49,793 bases of DNA from the NCBI GenBank assembly GCA_016936275.1, contig JAFGPJ010000114.1, positions 1 to 49,793 on the forward strand, given 5' to 3'. Under the pieces are notes generated by a model, which saw only the letters and a program-made list of their open reading frames with translations, ran no database searches and was not told the origin of the DNA. The translations under genes were made by a program, and so were the position numbers. Shown here one piece after another: positions 17,777 through 26,772 of this stretch. The stretch's first letter is position 1. Every line of letters begins with the position of its first letter. Origin of the DNA: Sedimentisphaerales bacterium (lineage in GTDB: Bacteria; Planctomycetota; Phycisphaerae; Sedimentisphaerales; Anaerobacaceae).

Positions 17777-19626
17777 CGCATGATTTCTCCACGTTCAATT
17801 GTTTTCACTACGGTTTCGGTAAAGGAATTAATCGAAACATATCTTGCAAAAAACTGCTCAAGAACAGAACCAAGCAGAAACACCCCACTTCCCTCAAATG
17901 ATGCTTCGTCGAGAGTTACCGTCACCTCCAGTCCGCGAGCAAATGCTATCGAGCCAGATGTTATAATTCTGCGAGTGGTCGGCCTGCAGCTTATGAACCT
18001 AACGCCGTCAATCTGCTTGCGAGTTTGCAGGTCAGTGGTGCTGCCGTACAGTCGCAAAATATCGCGAAGAGCTGACGCACCCTCGTGCTCATTGGTATTA
18101 GTGAGCGAAAGATAATTCAACGACAAATGATTAATGATACGCCAGGCAGTTTCACCCTCGGCATAAGAGGGTTTGGGCGCCGTTGGAGCTCCCAAACAAC
18201 GAATCGAGGTGTATGGCGCGGTCTTATCCATAGTAAAATCATAGGTCCCCAGTCCAATTGGCATATGGAGGGGCAAATCACGGTTGGTGCACAGAGCTTC
18301 CACGCCCAACTGTTTCAAATCATCGCTATAAGGTGTGCCCGTTGAATCAACAAGAGACAGGTAAACTTCGCTGCCTGCATAAGTCCTCGACCTTCGCCCG
18401 CGAAGCCCCGGTCCCTGTGCCAGAGACCTTGGAACTCGATTTACAACATAATAGCTGCCGGTACTACTGTCTCCCGAGTCCTTTGCGAGGTAAAAAGGGA
18501 GAAACTCCTGCAACTGGTCTGACCGGGCCCCATAACCAACGACCTTCGTAATCTTGTAAACCTCGAAATCCTGCGACCTGGTTCGGTCCGGAATAACATG
18601 AAACTCAGAGAATTTATCTGATACAAGTATGCGGTCCAGCCGCTTCTCAAAAAGGTTTATGGCAGGTGAACAAAATAACCGAAAATTGTCAGCGCTCACC
18701 GCCCCTTCAAGTCCGGCGTTCAACTCTCGAAACAATATAATGATATCCAACTGGTTCTCATTACAGCGCTGGATTGCCCCGCCCAAATCGGCAAGCTCAA
18801 CAAACATAAATCGTTGTGGAAACGCGAAGTATTCATGCAGCAGTCGATATCCCTGAAAAGACCGTGCATCGTAGGGCAGCAGTTTTTGTTTATTCTCAAA
18901 ACCCACACGGTGGATGCACAAAGCGTCGAGTGTCCTCTGCCACTTTATGGGTTTGGTCGCCGGTTGAACCACAATTGACGCGGTGTTAGCAAAGAACTGT
19001 TCGTACAAACGCATCGGGGTCTCACCGACTCCGACAAGGTGCAGGGTCAAAGAATCTATTTTCAACTGGTTGATTGGAAGTCCCGGCGGCGATTGGATTC
19101 GGATTCTTATTCCGGCCTTAACGTCGGGCAGGTTTGGAAGTCCAAGCGATGGCAACTCACGGGTGTAGTAATTTGCCTGGCTCACCTTGATGGGCCAAAG
19201 AGTAACATCGTGAGCGGTTTTATACTCACACTTGGTTTGGTCCGATTCACCCAGAAGACTATGGAGTGAAGAACCACGCGGAATCAGGAAACCATCCGCC
19301 AATCCCTTTTCGTTTAAGTCCGGTTCAAACTGGACGATGCACATAGACGGCGTTGGCGCCAGATAGTGGGAATAGACGGTCTCGAGCAAGGATTGAGTAA
19401 ACCTGGGAAATTCTGCATTGAGTTTGAGTTGCACCCGCGCAGCGAGAAATGCAAAACCTTCAAGCAGGCGTTCAACAAAGGGGTCCTGGCACGGCTGAAA
19501 CTCGTCCAGTCCGCCGAGACGGCCCGCAATTTTGGGGAATTCCTTCGCAAACTCAGCTCCCATTGCGCGTAGATGTGCAAGTTCGGAATTGTACAAATCC
19601 AGCAGCCGTCTATCCACCTGACTCAC
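17740..19626 (-). CDS. tssF: T6SS baseplate protein TssF
   Basis: LLDLYNSELAHLRAMGAEFAKEFPKIAGRLG matches the TssF N-terminal signature (YY..EL.YLRE.G.EFA..HP..A..L). It is 628 aa, with a GTG start overlapping the tssE stop. Confidence 0.9.
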   Translation of the reverse strand: MSQVDRRLLDLYNSELAHLRAMGAEFAKEFPKIAGRLGGLDEFQPCQDPFVERLLEGFAFLAARVQLKLNAEFPRFTQSLLETVYSHYLAPTPSMCIVQFEPDLNEKGLADGFLIPRGSSLHSLLGESDQTKCEYKTAHDVTLWPIKVSQANYYTRELPSLGLPNLPDVKAGIRIRIQSPPGLPINQLKIDSLTLHLVGVGETPMRLYEQFFANTASIVVQPATKPIKWQRTLDALCIHRVGFENKQKLLPYDARSFQGYRLLHEYFAFPQRFMFVELADLGGAIQRCNENQLDIIILFRELNAGLEGAVSADNFRLFCSPAINLFEKRLDRILVSDKFSEFHVIPDRTRSQDFEVYKITKVVGYGARSDQLQEFLPFYLAKDSGDSSTGSYYVVNRVPRSLAQGPGLRGRRSRTYAGSEVYLSLVDSTGTPYSDDLKQLGVEALCTNRDLPLHMPIGLGTYDFTMDKTAPYTSIRCLGAPTAPKPSYAEGETAWRIINHLSLNYLSLTNTNEHEGASALRDILRLYGSTTDLQTRKQIDGVRFISCRPTTRRIITSGSIAFARGLEVTVTLDEASFEGSGVFLLGSVLEQFFARYVSINSFTETVVKTIERGEIMRWAMREGLRSIL

Positions 19627-20131
19627 CCTTCAATTTGTGGTGACCCGTTTCCAAGTCAACTTCTGTCTTAACATAAAGATGGTCCGGCAAGGGTTGCGCC
19701 CACAGTTCGCCTTCTATTTCAAACGAAATAGTACGTATGTATTGCGAATCCAGCGGGGAGATAATGCGAACGGTGAATTGCTTACGTGAAATTCGAGGTT
19801 CAAAATTCAAAATGGCCTGCTTTACCTGTGCTTCAAAATCGCCTGGGTTGACTGCTGAGATAGTTGCACCGCACAAGGCCGGTATGCCGTAATTCAGCAC
19901 CGACCGCACCGCTTCAGTGAATTCGTATATTTCATCACCAAGGGGATGTGCCTTCGAGTTTAAAAGCATCGCCAGGTCACGAAGCACTGCGTTTTTGTAT
20001 CTTCGCAAGGATGTTATACGTTGGTCTCGGCTTTCCTTTTTCACCTCCGGTTCATCGTCAGTGAGGCGGTCAAGCAGGCACGGCTGCAGATGCTCCATTG
20101 GCGCAAGCTCACCCATCGGCTGCCTCACCAC
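19610..20131 (-). CDS. tssE: T6SS baseplate protein TssE (gp25-like)
   Basis: LQPCLLDRLTDDEP is the typical TssE N-terminal motif. Its size (168-173 aa) and its position upstream of tssF both fit. The start is either the GTG at 20131 or the ATG at 20116, and both overlap the tagJ end. Confidence 0.85.
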   Translation of the reverse strand: MVRQPMGELAPMEHLQPCLLDRLTDDEPEVKKESRDQRITSLRRYKNAVLRDLAMLLNSKAHPLGDEIYEFTEAVRSVLNYGIPALCGATISAVNPGDFEAQVKQAILNFEPRISRKQFTVRIISPLDSQYIRTISFEIEGELWAQPLPDHLYVKTEVDLETGHHKLKGESGG

Positions 20132-20936
20132 CTTGTTGTTTTGTTTCCGGGTGATTCAAATCTATCTGTCGTATCTGCAGCAGCGGGAATTCGTCTTTGT
20201 CAGTGGCAAACATGCGCTGTCCGAGGCCAAGGTAAATCTCCCCCGGTCGTTCCAACCATTCGGTTTTGCGTGCGAGTCGAATAGCATTATCTTTGCTGGA
20301 TTCGGAGCCCGGATACCGCGTCGGTATCAGGCCCGCTGTTTCACCGTCATTGACCCACGTGAAATAGGTCGAAATCCAGACCACATCGCGAAGGTCAGCA
20401 GGCGGTTCAATCTTAATCCGCCTGATGGCAGTGAACGGCACCCAATAATACTTGCCGTCAAAAATGGCCTCCAGCATCGGTCCCAGTCGGGTGTCAGCAT
20501 CAGCAATCCAGTCGAAAGCCACACCATTAACAGAACCAGCAATAGATGGGGCCAAGCCAAATGCCTGCTCTCTCAGTTTCTGCGACGCTTTGAATTTCCC
20601 TTCCGCAATCATCTGGTTGGCCTGCACCAATAAGCCAATCCACTCATCCGGCTCGCCAAACACAAGCGGTGAGCGTTTGCCGGCAAAGATTTCAGCCCGC
20701 AGCGCCTCACAATTGATTGCCGCCCGGCAAACCTGAGCCATAAGCAGGTTCATGGCATCAAGCTCCGCTGTGATGTTCAATTGACTTAGGGCCCGTTCCC
20801 AATCGCCCATAGCAGACAACAATTGAAAGAGGAAGACCCTGAGTTTGGCATTGGCCGGGTCGGCACGAACCTGAGCTTCAAGAGCAGTCAATGCATCATC
20901 AAGCCGGCCGGCCTGCAAAAACTCTTCGCTTCGCAT
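20109..20936 (-). CDS. tagJ: TagJ / ImpE-family T6SS accessory protein
   Basis: The TPR-like N-terminus FLQAGRLDDALTALEAQVRADPANAKLRVFLFQLLSAMGDWERALSQL is typical of ImpE/TagJ. It is 275 aa and sits between hcp and tssE, as tagJ1 does in the P. aeruginosa H1-T6SS. Confidence 0.75.
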   Translation of the reverse strand: MRSEEFLQAGRLDDALTALEAQVRADPANAKLRVFLFQLLSAMGDWERALSQLNITAELDAMNLLMAQVCRAAINCEALRAEIFAGKRSPLVFGEPDEWIGLLVQANQMIAEGKFKASQKLREQAFGLAPSIAGSVNGVAFDWIADADTRLGPMLEAIFDGKYYWVPFTAIRRIKIEPPADLRDVVWISTYFTWVNDGETAGLIPTRYPGSESSKDNAIRLARKTEWLERPGEIYLGLGQRMFATDKDEFPLLQIRQIDLNHPETKQQGGEAADG

Positions 20937-21029
20937 AGTATCTACCCCTGTCGCTGGGCACAGTACACCAGCTTCTCCAATCTCGGCGCACGAGCCAGCT
21001 AACCTTAATAACCCGTGAATGTGGCAGTA

Positions 21030-21524
21030 TTAACCACCCTTGTTCTGTTTCGTGTCCCAGTGGGCCTTAACGTCGCCTTTGGGTGCGCCGGTTGCGTGGT
21101 CGGTGAGGGTGTAGATCCATTCGATCTTGCCATAGTTGAAGCTTACACTTTCGACAGGTAGCGCTTCACCGCTTGCCGAGCCGCCTGGCCTAACGCTGCT
21201 GACAATCACATCCGACATCGTAAATTCCATATACTTCGTTTTGTCCTTCGTCGCACGGCACAACTCCACTTGGATTTTCTTGATGTGCTCTCCAGTGCAG
21301 CAAGCCAATGCCAGCTTCGGCGAAGATTTGTCGAGTGCCTTTACAACAGAAAAATCCTGGTGGTCACACCGCTGGGAAGAGGCGGCGCCGCCGCTGCTTC
21401 TCGACCCCGATGACATCTGAGAAAGACCGTGATTGAACGACGATATCTCAATCCAATCTTTATGCTTGTCGTCGGTGCTCTCACCCGGTATTACGTCAAT
21501 TTTCAAAAACGCATCAAAAGCCAT
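21030..21524 (-). CDS. hcp: T6SS inner tube protein Hcp (TssD)
   Basis: MAFDAFLKIDVIPGESTDDKHKDWIEISSFNHGLSQ is the canonical Hcp1-family N-terminus. It is 164 aa, with an aaggaaaggag RBS. Confidence 0.93.
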   Translation of the reverse strand: MAFDAFLKIDVIPGESTDDKHKDWIEISSFNHGLSQMSSGSRSSGGAASSQRCDHQDFSVVKALDKSSPKLALACCTGEHIKKIQVELCRATKDKTKYMEFTMSDVIVSSVRPGGSASGEALPVESVSFNYGKIEWIYTLTDHATGAPKGDVKAHWDTKQNKGG

Positions 21525-21580
21525 TTTATCAACTCCTTTCCTTAATAAATAACCAACTCACTTTCCATTCTTAATTTTTC

Positions 21581-21603
21581 TAACAAAAACGCCTTCAGGC
21601 GTT
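21581..21603 (-). terminator. Weak intrinsic terminator/attenuator hairpin between tssC and hcp
   Basis: The minus strand reads aacgcc-tgaa-ggcgtt followed by tttgtta (T-tract TTTTTGTT including the last stem bases). It is located in the 111-nt tssC-hcp gap. The stem is only 6 bp. Confidence 0.35.
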
Positions 21604-21635
21604 CCATTCATGTTAGGCATAGCAACTAATCAATA

Positions 21636-23138
21636 TTAACTACCACTCTTGACCGAAGGCAGCTTGGATACCAGTCGCAGCGATACAGAAAGACCTTCGA
21701 GCTGGTAATGAGGTCTGAGGTAAAACTTGGCCGAGTAATAGCCAGGGTCTCCTTCCACCTCGTCAACTACAACTTCTGCCGCCGCCAGAGGATACTGGGC
21801 TTTAGTTTCCTCTGAGGCGTGCGGGTCGATTGTAACATATTTTGTTATCCATTTATTGAGCCATGTCGCCATATCCTCGCGCTCTTTGAAAGAGCCAATC
21901 TTATCCCGCACGAGGCACTTGAGGTAATGTGCGAACCGGCACGTTGCGAAAAGATACGGCAGCCTCGCCGCCAGATTTGCATTTGCGGTCGCATCGGGGT
22001 CGTCATATTCGGCCGGATTTTGCAGCGACTGTGCACCAATAAAACATGCAAAATCTTCGTTCTTCCAGTGCGATAGGGGCATCATGCCGTTTTTGGCTAA
22101 TTCCGCTTCTCTTCTGTCTGTTATACCAATCTCTGTCGGGCATTTCATATCAACACCGCCGTCATCGGTTGGGAAAGTATGGCAGGGAAGCCCTTCAACT
22201 AATCCGCCGCTCTCAACTCCGCGGATATTCGCACACCACCCAAACTGCTTAAACGAACGGTTGATATTCACTCCCATTGCATACGCCGCGTTGGTCCAGA
22301 GATATTTTGAATGGTCGCCTGCCGCCGTTTCTTCCTCAAAATCAAATTCTTCGCAGGGATTTGTCTTGGCGCCGTAAGGCAGTCTGCCGAGAAACCTTGG
22401 CATTGTTAAACCAACGTACCTGGCATCATCGGATTCACGCAGAGAACGCCACGGCGCATAGTCGGCCGTCTGGAAAATCTTCGTCAGGTCACGAGGATTG
22501 CTGAGCTCCTGCCAGGAATCCATGTTCATCAATGAAGGAGCGGCTGCGCTAATAAACGGCGAATGAGCTGCTGCCGCAATCTGGGCCACTCCGCCAAGTA
22601 TCTCAACATCCGGAGGACTATGGTCAAAATAGTAGTCACCGACGAGACAGCCGTATGGTTCACCGCCCGGCGAGCCGTATTCCTCCTCGTAGAGCTTTTT
22701 GAAAAGCGGGCTTTGGTCCCAGGCAGTGCCTTTGTACTTCTTTATCGTCTTTGCCAAATCGTTCTTGCTGATATCAAGCACACGTATCTTCAGTGTTTCG
22801 TCCGTTTCAGTGTTGTTTACCATATAATGCAGACCTCGCCATGAGCCCTCAAGCGCCTGGAAATCCTCGTGATGCATTATCATATTAATCTGTTCGGACA
22901 ACTTGCGGTCTATCTCGGCAATAATCGCCTCGATTGTCGTGACTGCATCTTCGGAAACGAGTGATGTCTCCGCCAGGGCCTGCTCAGCCAGGGTTCGCAC
23001 CGCCAAGCTAATGGTCTCCTTGACATGTTCCGATTTAGGCTTAAACTCCTTCTTAAGGAGCGACTCGAACTCATTCGGCTGTATGGCTACCCCCTCAGCA
23101 CCGGCGGCCTGTCTTTGTTGTTCTTGATTTTCAACCAT
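21636..23138 (-). CDS. tssC: T6SS contractile sheath large subunit TssC (VipB)
   Basis: 500 aa, with HHEDFQALEGSWRGLHYMV, MPRFLGRLPYG, YLWTNAAYAMG and the C-terminal YYSAKFYLRPHYQLEGLSVSLRLVSKLP, all typical of VipB/TssC. The start overlaps the tssB stop. Confidence 0.95.
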   Translation of the reverse strand: MVENQEQQRQAAGAEGVAIQPNEFESLLKKEFKPKSEHVKETISLAVRTLAEQALAETSLVSEDAVTTIEAIIAEIDRKLSEQINMIMHHEDFQALEGSWRGLHYMVNNTETDETLKIRVLDISKNDLAKTIKKYKGTAWDQSPLFKKLYEEEYGSPGGEPYGCLVGDYYFDHSPPDVEILGGVAQIAAAAHSPFISAAAPSLMNMDSWQELSNPRDLTKIFQTADYAPWRSLRESDDARYVGLTMPRFLGRLPYGAKTNPCEEFDFEEETAAGDHSKYLWTNAAYAMGVNINRSFKQFGWCANIRGVESGGLVEGLPCHTFPTDDGGVDMKCPTEIGITDRREAELAKNGMMPLSHWKNEDFACFIGAQSLQNPAEYDDPDATANANLAARLPYLFATCRFAHYLKCLVRDKIGSFKEREDMATWLNKWITKYVTIDPHASEETKAQYPLAAAEVVVDEVEGDPGYYSAKFYLRPHYQLEGLSVSLRLVSKLPSVKSGS

Positions 23139-23670
23139 TGGACTTCACCTCCTTACCGCCCTCGGCGGATTCAGCTCCTGGTTTCGGCGCAGAGGTCAGG
23201 GCCGTCAGTAATGCCTTGTCTTTGAGGACCTTGGCCATCAGTTCCTCCGCACCACTTTTACCATCCATATACGACAACAAATTTGAAAGATCCGTCCGAG
23301 CCTTCAACAGCTTGTTCAAAGCATCAACCTTACGCGCTACCGCCGCCGGGGAAAAATCATCCATGCTCTCAAACGTGATGTCAACGCTCATATTGCCCTC
23401 GCCGGTTAATGCGTTCGGGACCTGGAATGCTACTCTCGGCTTCATTGCTTTGAGTCGTTCGTCGAAATTGTCGACGTCGATTCCGAGGAATTTTCGGTCT
23501 GCAACCGACGGCAAGGCCTCGGCCGGCTTGCCGGACAAATCGGCCATCACGCCCATCACGAAGGGCAGATTGACCGTTTTCTCTGCGCCGTACAGTTCCA
23601 AATCATACTCTATCTGCACACGCGGTGCTCGGTTGCGAGCTATGAATTTTTGACTGCTTTTTTTCGCCAT
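23131..23670 (-). CDS. tssB: T6SS contractile sheath small subunit TssB (VipA)
   Basis: IARNRAPRVQIEYDLELYGAEKTVNLPFVMGVMADLSG is the canonical TssB N-terminus. It is 179 aa. Confidence 0.95.
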   Translation of the reverse strand: MAKKSSQKFIARNRAPRVQIEYDLELYGAEKTVNLPFVMGVMADLSGKPAEALPSVADRKFLGIDVDNFDERLKAMKPRVAFQVPNALTGEGNMSVDITFESMDDFSPAAVARKVDALNKLLKARTDLSNLLSYMDGKSGAEELMAKVLKDKALLTALTSAPKPGAESAEGGKEVKSNG

Positions 23671-23744
23671 GTTCTTTCCCCTTTCTCAAAAATATTATAA
23701 GCACCGATGACTGTTCACATCCATAAACCTGCCAATTCCTGTCT

Positions 23745-24818
23745 CTAAACCGGCTGTCCGGTATCAGAATCCGTTTTTTTAATCCCGCCAATGGCCTCAA
23801 CCTGATTCATGGCATCCGGGCAAAAATCCTCAATGACCTCCACGAAAGTTCTCGAAACCAATCTTTGCGCCCTTCGCAGAAGCAGAGGCACCGGACTGGA
23901 AGGCTCCTGCCGCTCGAAATAATTACATATCTTCTCCATGGCCAAAATGGCTTCTTTGGGAGACCCAATCTCACCTGCCAATGACATTTTTGCGCCTCCT
24001 TCCCCGGCATCCACTGCTCCGCCCTGCTCTGTATTCATACCTGCGGCACCTTTAGCCAGGTGTCCCTGAACATACTTGTGGATATTCCCCAGAAGCGTCT
24101 GTAAACCACTAAAGTTGGGGCTCTGCCCTTTGGAAGCACGTTCCGAAAACACCTTCTCTATGGCGGTGACATGCCCAATGGCCTCTTCGGTGGCCTGTGA
24201 TGCTGCCTGCAGATGCTCAGCCGGGGTATCTTGAAAAGCCGCATCAATTACCGACATCTTAGGTGCATTTGCCTGCTGGTCGCCCGAAACCGTAATCTCT
24301 CCCTTTGCAATCTGGATATCTCTGAGACCGAATTTGCCCATCTTTGGCGAGTTGCACAGTGGGACTTCCAGAAGTCGCTGCCTGAACTTCATCGGGTCCT
24401 GAACACTGACGGTGGCCGGAGACAACGACTGCAGAATATTTATTCGCTCAAGTGGGTCGTAATCATCATCCACGTCAAGTTGAGGGTAAAGTTTGTCCCA
24501 GAAACGCTCCAGCAGCTCGCGCAGCAGAAGCAATCCATCGCGCAGGCCGGGAATACCATCGAGTTTAAGGAGTGCAAGTGTAAGATATATTGCGATTCTG
24601 AGGTCTTTCGAACGTTTCAACAATTCGAAGCTTTTTTCGCTAACTTCCCGCCAGTTCGGCTCCTCCGCAACTTCCTCTTTGCCCAAGACGCTGCCCGTCG
24701 GCTTTTTTTGAACCATGCGTTCGAGAGCAAGATAAGACTGGTCGTATGAGAGGTCTTCACCACAAGGAGACTCAGCGCTCACCTCGGTTAACAGGTTTTG
24801 GATATCAATCTTGGCCAT
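23745..24818 (-). CDS. tssA: T6SS protein TssA (ImpA N-terminal domain, short TssA1 type)
   Basis: VSAESPCGEDLSYDQSYLALE matches the ImpA_N signature (P.G.DL.YD..F..L). It is 357 aa and is the first gene of the minus-strand operon. Confidence 0.85.
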   Translation of the reverse strand: MAKIDIQNLLTEVSAESPCGEDLSYDQSYLALERMVQKKPTGSVLGKEEVAEEPNWREVSEKSFELLKRSKDLRIAIYLTLALLKLDGIPGLRDGLLLLRELLERFWDKLYPQLDVDDDYDPLERINILQSLSPATVSVQDPMKFRQRLLEVPLCNSPKMGKFGLRDIQIAKGEITVSGDQQANAPKMSVIDAAFQDTPAEHLQAASQATEEAIGHVTAIEKVFSERASKGQSPNFSGLQTLLGNIHKYVQGHLAKGAAGMNTEQGGAVDAGEGGAKMSLAGEIGSPKEAILAMEKICNYFERQEPSSPVPLLLRRAQRLVSRTFVEVIEDFCPDAMNQVEAIGGIKKTDSDTGQPV

Positions 24819-25099
24819 GCGCTCTCCACCAGATTAACACCGTTGTAACATACTAAGCTGACGGTTCAATCGGCTTAACTTACATTTACGTTGGCCGTTC
24901 GAATCGAATCGTCAGACGAAAAACTCTGAGTTCCTCTAACCGCCGTCAAAATCAGCCATAAATCCTTGCTCACAAATAAATCATTTTGCTCATCTTAGCA
25001 TTCTAATGGCCGGCTCGGCAGTTTTTTATCGTACCCCGGCACTGCCTCGAAGTCTTCCAGAATAGAAACCTTCTATAGGCTCCTCTGCGACTGTCTGTG

Positions 25100-25128
25100 A
25101 TTTTACACCGGTTGGCACAGGATGTCAA
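25100..25128 (-). promoter_or_regulatory. Sigma70-type promoter candidate for the tssA operon (TTGACA-17-TAAAAT)
   Basis: The minus strand reads ttgaca (25128-25123), a 17-nt spacer, then taaaat (25105-25100). This implies a 5' leader of about 275 nt before the tssA ATG at 24818. Confidence 0.45.
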
Positions 25129-25300
25129 GCGCCTTCTTTTCTTTTTTTGGGCAAAGATTTGCCGCTAAATCTTTACCGCTGAGTGCGCCATAATGGTACT
25201 AAGACAAAGAGAAAATGTTGGTTGCGCCACCCCCGGTGAAATTCATTGGACCACACTTAGCCAATGCAGGATAAAATGCAAATCTTTCGACAAATTCCCC

Positions 25301-25328
25301 TTGACATACATTCGCCCCCGGCGAGAAT
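25301..25328 (+). promoter_or_regulatory. Weak sigma70-type promoter candidate for the DUF4157 gene (TTGACA-16-GAGAAT)
   Basis: ttgaca at 25301-25306, a 16-nt spacer, and gagaat at 25323-25328. It lies about 130 nt upstream of the ATG at 25460. Confidence 0.3.
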
Positions 25329-25459
25329 GTAAGTGCCAGTGCGACTACTGTGCCTCGAGGAAGCATCTATTCGAGATGGTGCAAATCACATTGGCGTCTG
25401 CTGGTGGTTAAAAATAGTCCTAATTTGTTTCTAAACTTCCTAAATTTGGAGGCAAAGTC

Positions 25460-26536
25460 ATGACAAGTCACTATAATTTGTGTTTGTTCTGGGTATTGGA
25501 ACCGCTGGTTCAGTGGCAGAATATGCCTGAAGAAGCTCGGATAAAGCCGGACATCAAGCCGGTGGGGCCTGAGGGCGGGCGAGTTCCCCCAGAAGTGGAG
25601 TCCGCCATTGAACGGGCCTGTGGCGGTGGCCAGCATCTGGAAGGCGCCCTGCAGGAGCAGATGATGGCGAGTTTGAGCTACGATTTCAGTGATGTGCGTA
25701 TCCATACGGGTCCCGAAGCGGACGAGATTTCCCGCCGGTTGACTGCGAAGTCCTTTACGGTAGGTAGGGATATATTCTTCGCGCAAGGCGCATATGACCC
25801 CGCCTCCATTAGCGGTAGGGAGTTGATAGCCCACGAACTAATCCATGTGGTGCAGCAGGACTCCGGTCGATTAACGGAGCCGGGAACAGGAATGAAGGTA
25901 AGTTCAACAGCAGACGCCCTGGAGTATGAGGCCGAGGCCCTGGCCCCTATCGTGGCCAGGACCGGAAGAGCAGTGGGGATGCCGTGCGTTCAATTCTCGC
26001 TCAGCGAGGGGGCCGTAGTACATCGAGCACTGGCGGATCGCGTGGGAAATATCCCGGACGGATTTTGGAATATTGGAATACAGCAGCTTCGTCCGGCTTG
26101 CCTTCCTTCAGTGATATACTGGGTGCTCCACGAAATTTATGGTTATGCACCCCCTACCAATATTGCCCAAAATACCGCCGTCAAAAGCCAGGAACTGTTC
26201 AATTTGATGCTGAAAAAAGCGATTCAGAAACATCGGCCTGTTGCCGGCGACCTCGTTCTCACAAGAGGGTCGATACTGGCGTTCCAGATCGGGAAACAAA
26301 CCGCACACGCCGGCGTAGCAACTCAAACAACAATCGTCAGTGGGTACAATCAATATGGGTGGTTCAAACCTATATTAGAGGCACCATGTACTTTCAGTGC
26401 CCGGTATACAGAAGACCTTGACTGGGTGCAGAATACCAGTCAAGTCAAAAGCGCAAACAATGATTCCGCCTTCTTGTATGAAATCCCCGAAGCCGCCGCA
26501 AGGGGAATCGTGGCTGCGCGAATTACATATAAGTGA
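25460..26536 (+). CDS. DUF4157 (zincin-like HExxH) domain protein with an uncharacterised ~180-aa C-terminal domain; candidate secreted cargo/toxin
   Basis: A ggagg RBS lies 7 nt before the ATG. LSYDFSDVRIHTGPEADEISRRLTAKSFTVGRDIFFAQGAYDPASISGRELIAHELIHVVQQ is the characteristic DUF4157 core, including HELIH (nt 25832-25846) and the trailing VVQQ. The protein has no signal peptide and no TM helix. Confidence 0.8.
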   Translation: MTSHYNLCLFWVLEPLVQWQNMPEEARIKPDIKPVGPEGGRVPPEVESAIERACGGGQHLEGALQEQMMASLSYDFSDVRIHTGPEADEISRRLTAKSFTVGRDIFFAQGAYDPASISGRELIAHELIHVVQQDSGRLTEPGTGMKVSSTADALEYEAEALAPIVARTGRAVGMPCVQFSLSEGAVVHRALADRVGNIPDGFWNIGIQQLRPACLPSVIYWVLHEIYGYAPPTNIAQNTAVKSQELFNLMLKKAIQKHRPVAGDLVLTRGSILAFQIGKQTAHAGVATQTTIVSGYNQYGWFKPILEAPCTFSARYTEDLDWVQNTSQVKSANNDSAFLYEIPEAAARGIVAARITYK

Positions 26537-26703
26537 TGCTAACCGAATCAGATACACTCAGCAGCCCCAAGCCCGAAATAAGCGAAATAGGTTGTAGTCA
26601 AATTCCTATATCGTATTATCCTGCCTGAAGCTGTGCGCATTACCCCAGGCATCTCGCATCTCCACCCGCATATAACGCTTCCATAGAAAAGTTGAATAAA
26701 GTG

Positions 26704-26732
26704 TTGCGTTCGTCAAATGAATGGACTATTCT
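26704..26732 (+). promoter_or_regulatory. Sigma70-type promoter candidate for the methyltransferase gene (TTGCGT-17-TATTCT)
   Basis: ttgcgt at 26704-26709, a 17-nt spacer, and tattct at 26727-26732. If real, it argues for the ATG at 26773 rather than the TTG at 26692 as the start. Confidence 0.3.
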
Positions 26733-26772
26733 CACAGCAAATCGATTCTATATCGGTTCATTCATAATAACT

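Noticed and set aside
19917-20633. 238-aa + strand ORF
   Set aside because: It is antisense to tssE/tagJ. The sequence is Ser/Arg-rich shadow-frame sequence with no motifs.
23138-23653. 171-aa + strand ORF
   Set aside because: It exactly mirrors tssB on the opposite strand. tssB has the canonical VipA signature, so this is a shadow ORF.
25112-25128. TGGCAC hexamer resembling a sigma54 -24 element (+ strand)
   Set aside because: The base pair expected at the -12 position (GC, 10 nt after GG) is CA (tggcacaggatgtca). There is no TTGC element and no enhancer-binding protein gene in the locus.
25193-25411. Cys-rich 72-aa + strand ORF in the tssA/DUF4157 intergenic region, and the overlapping 155-aa minus-strand ORF at 25367-25834
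   Set aside because: Neither has an RBS. The + strand ORF contains the candidate promoter for the DUF4157 gene. The minus-strand ORF overlaps the well-supported DUF4157 CDS start. Both are most likely non-coding.
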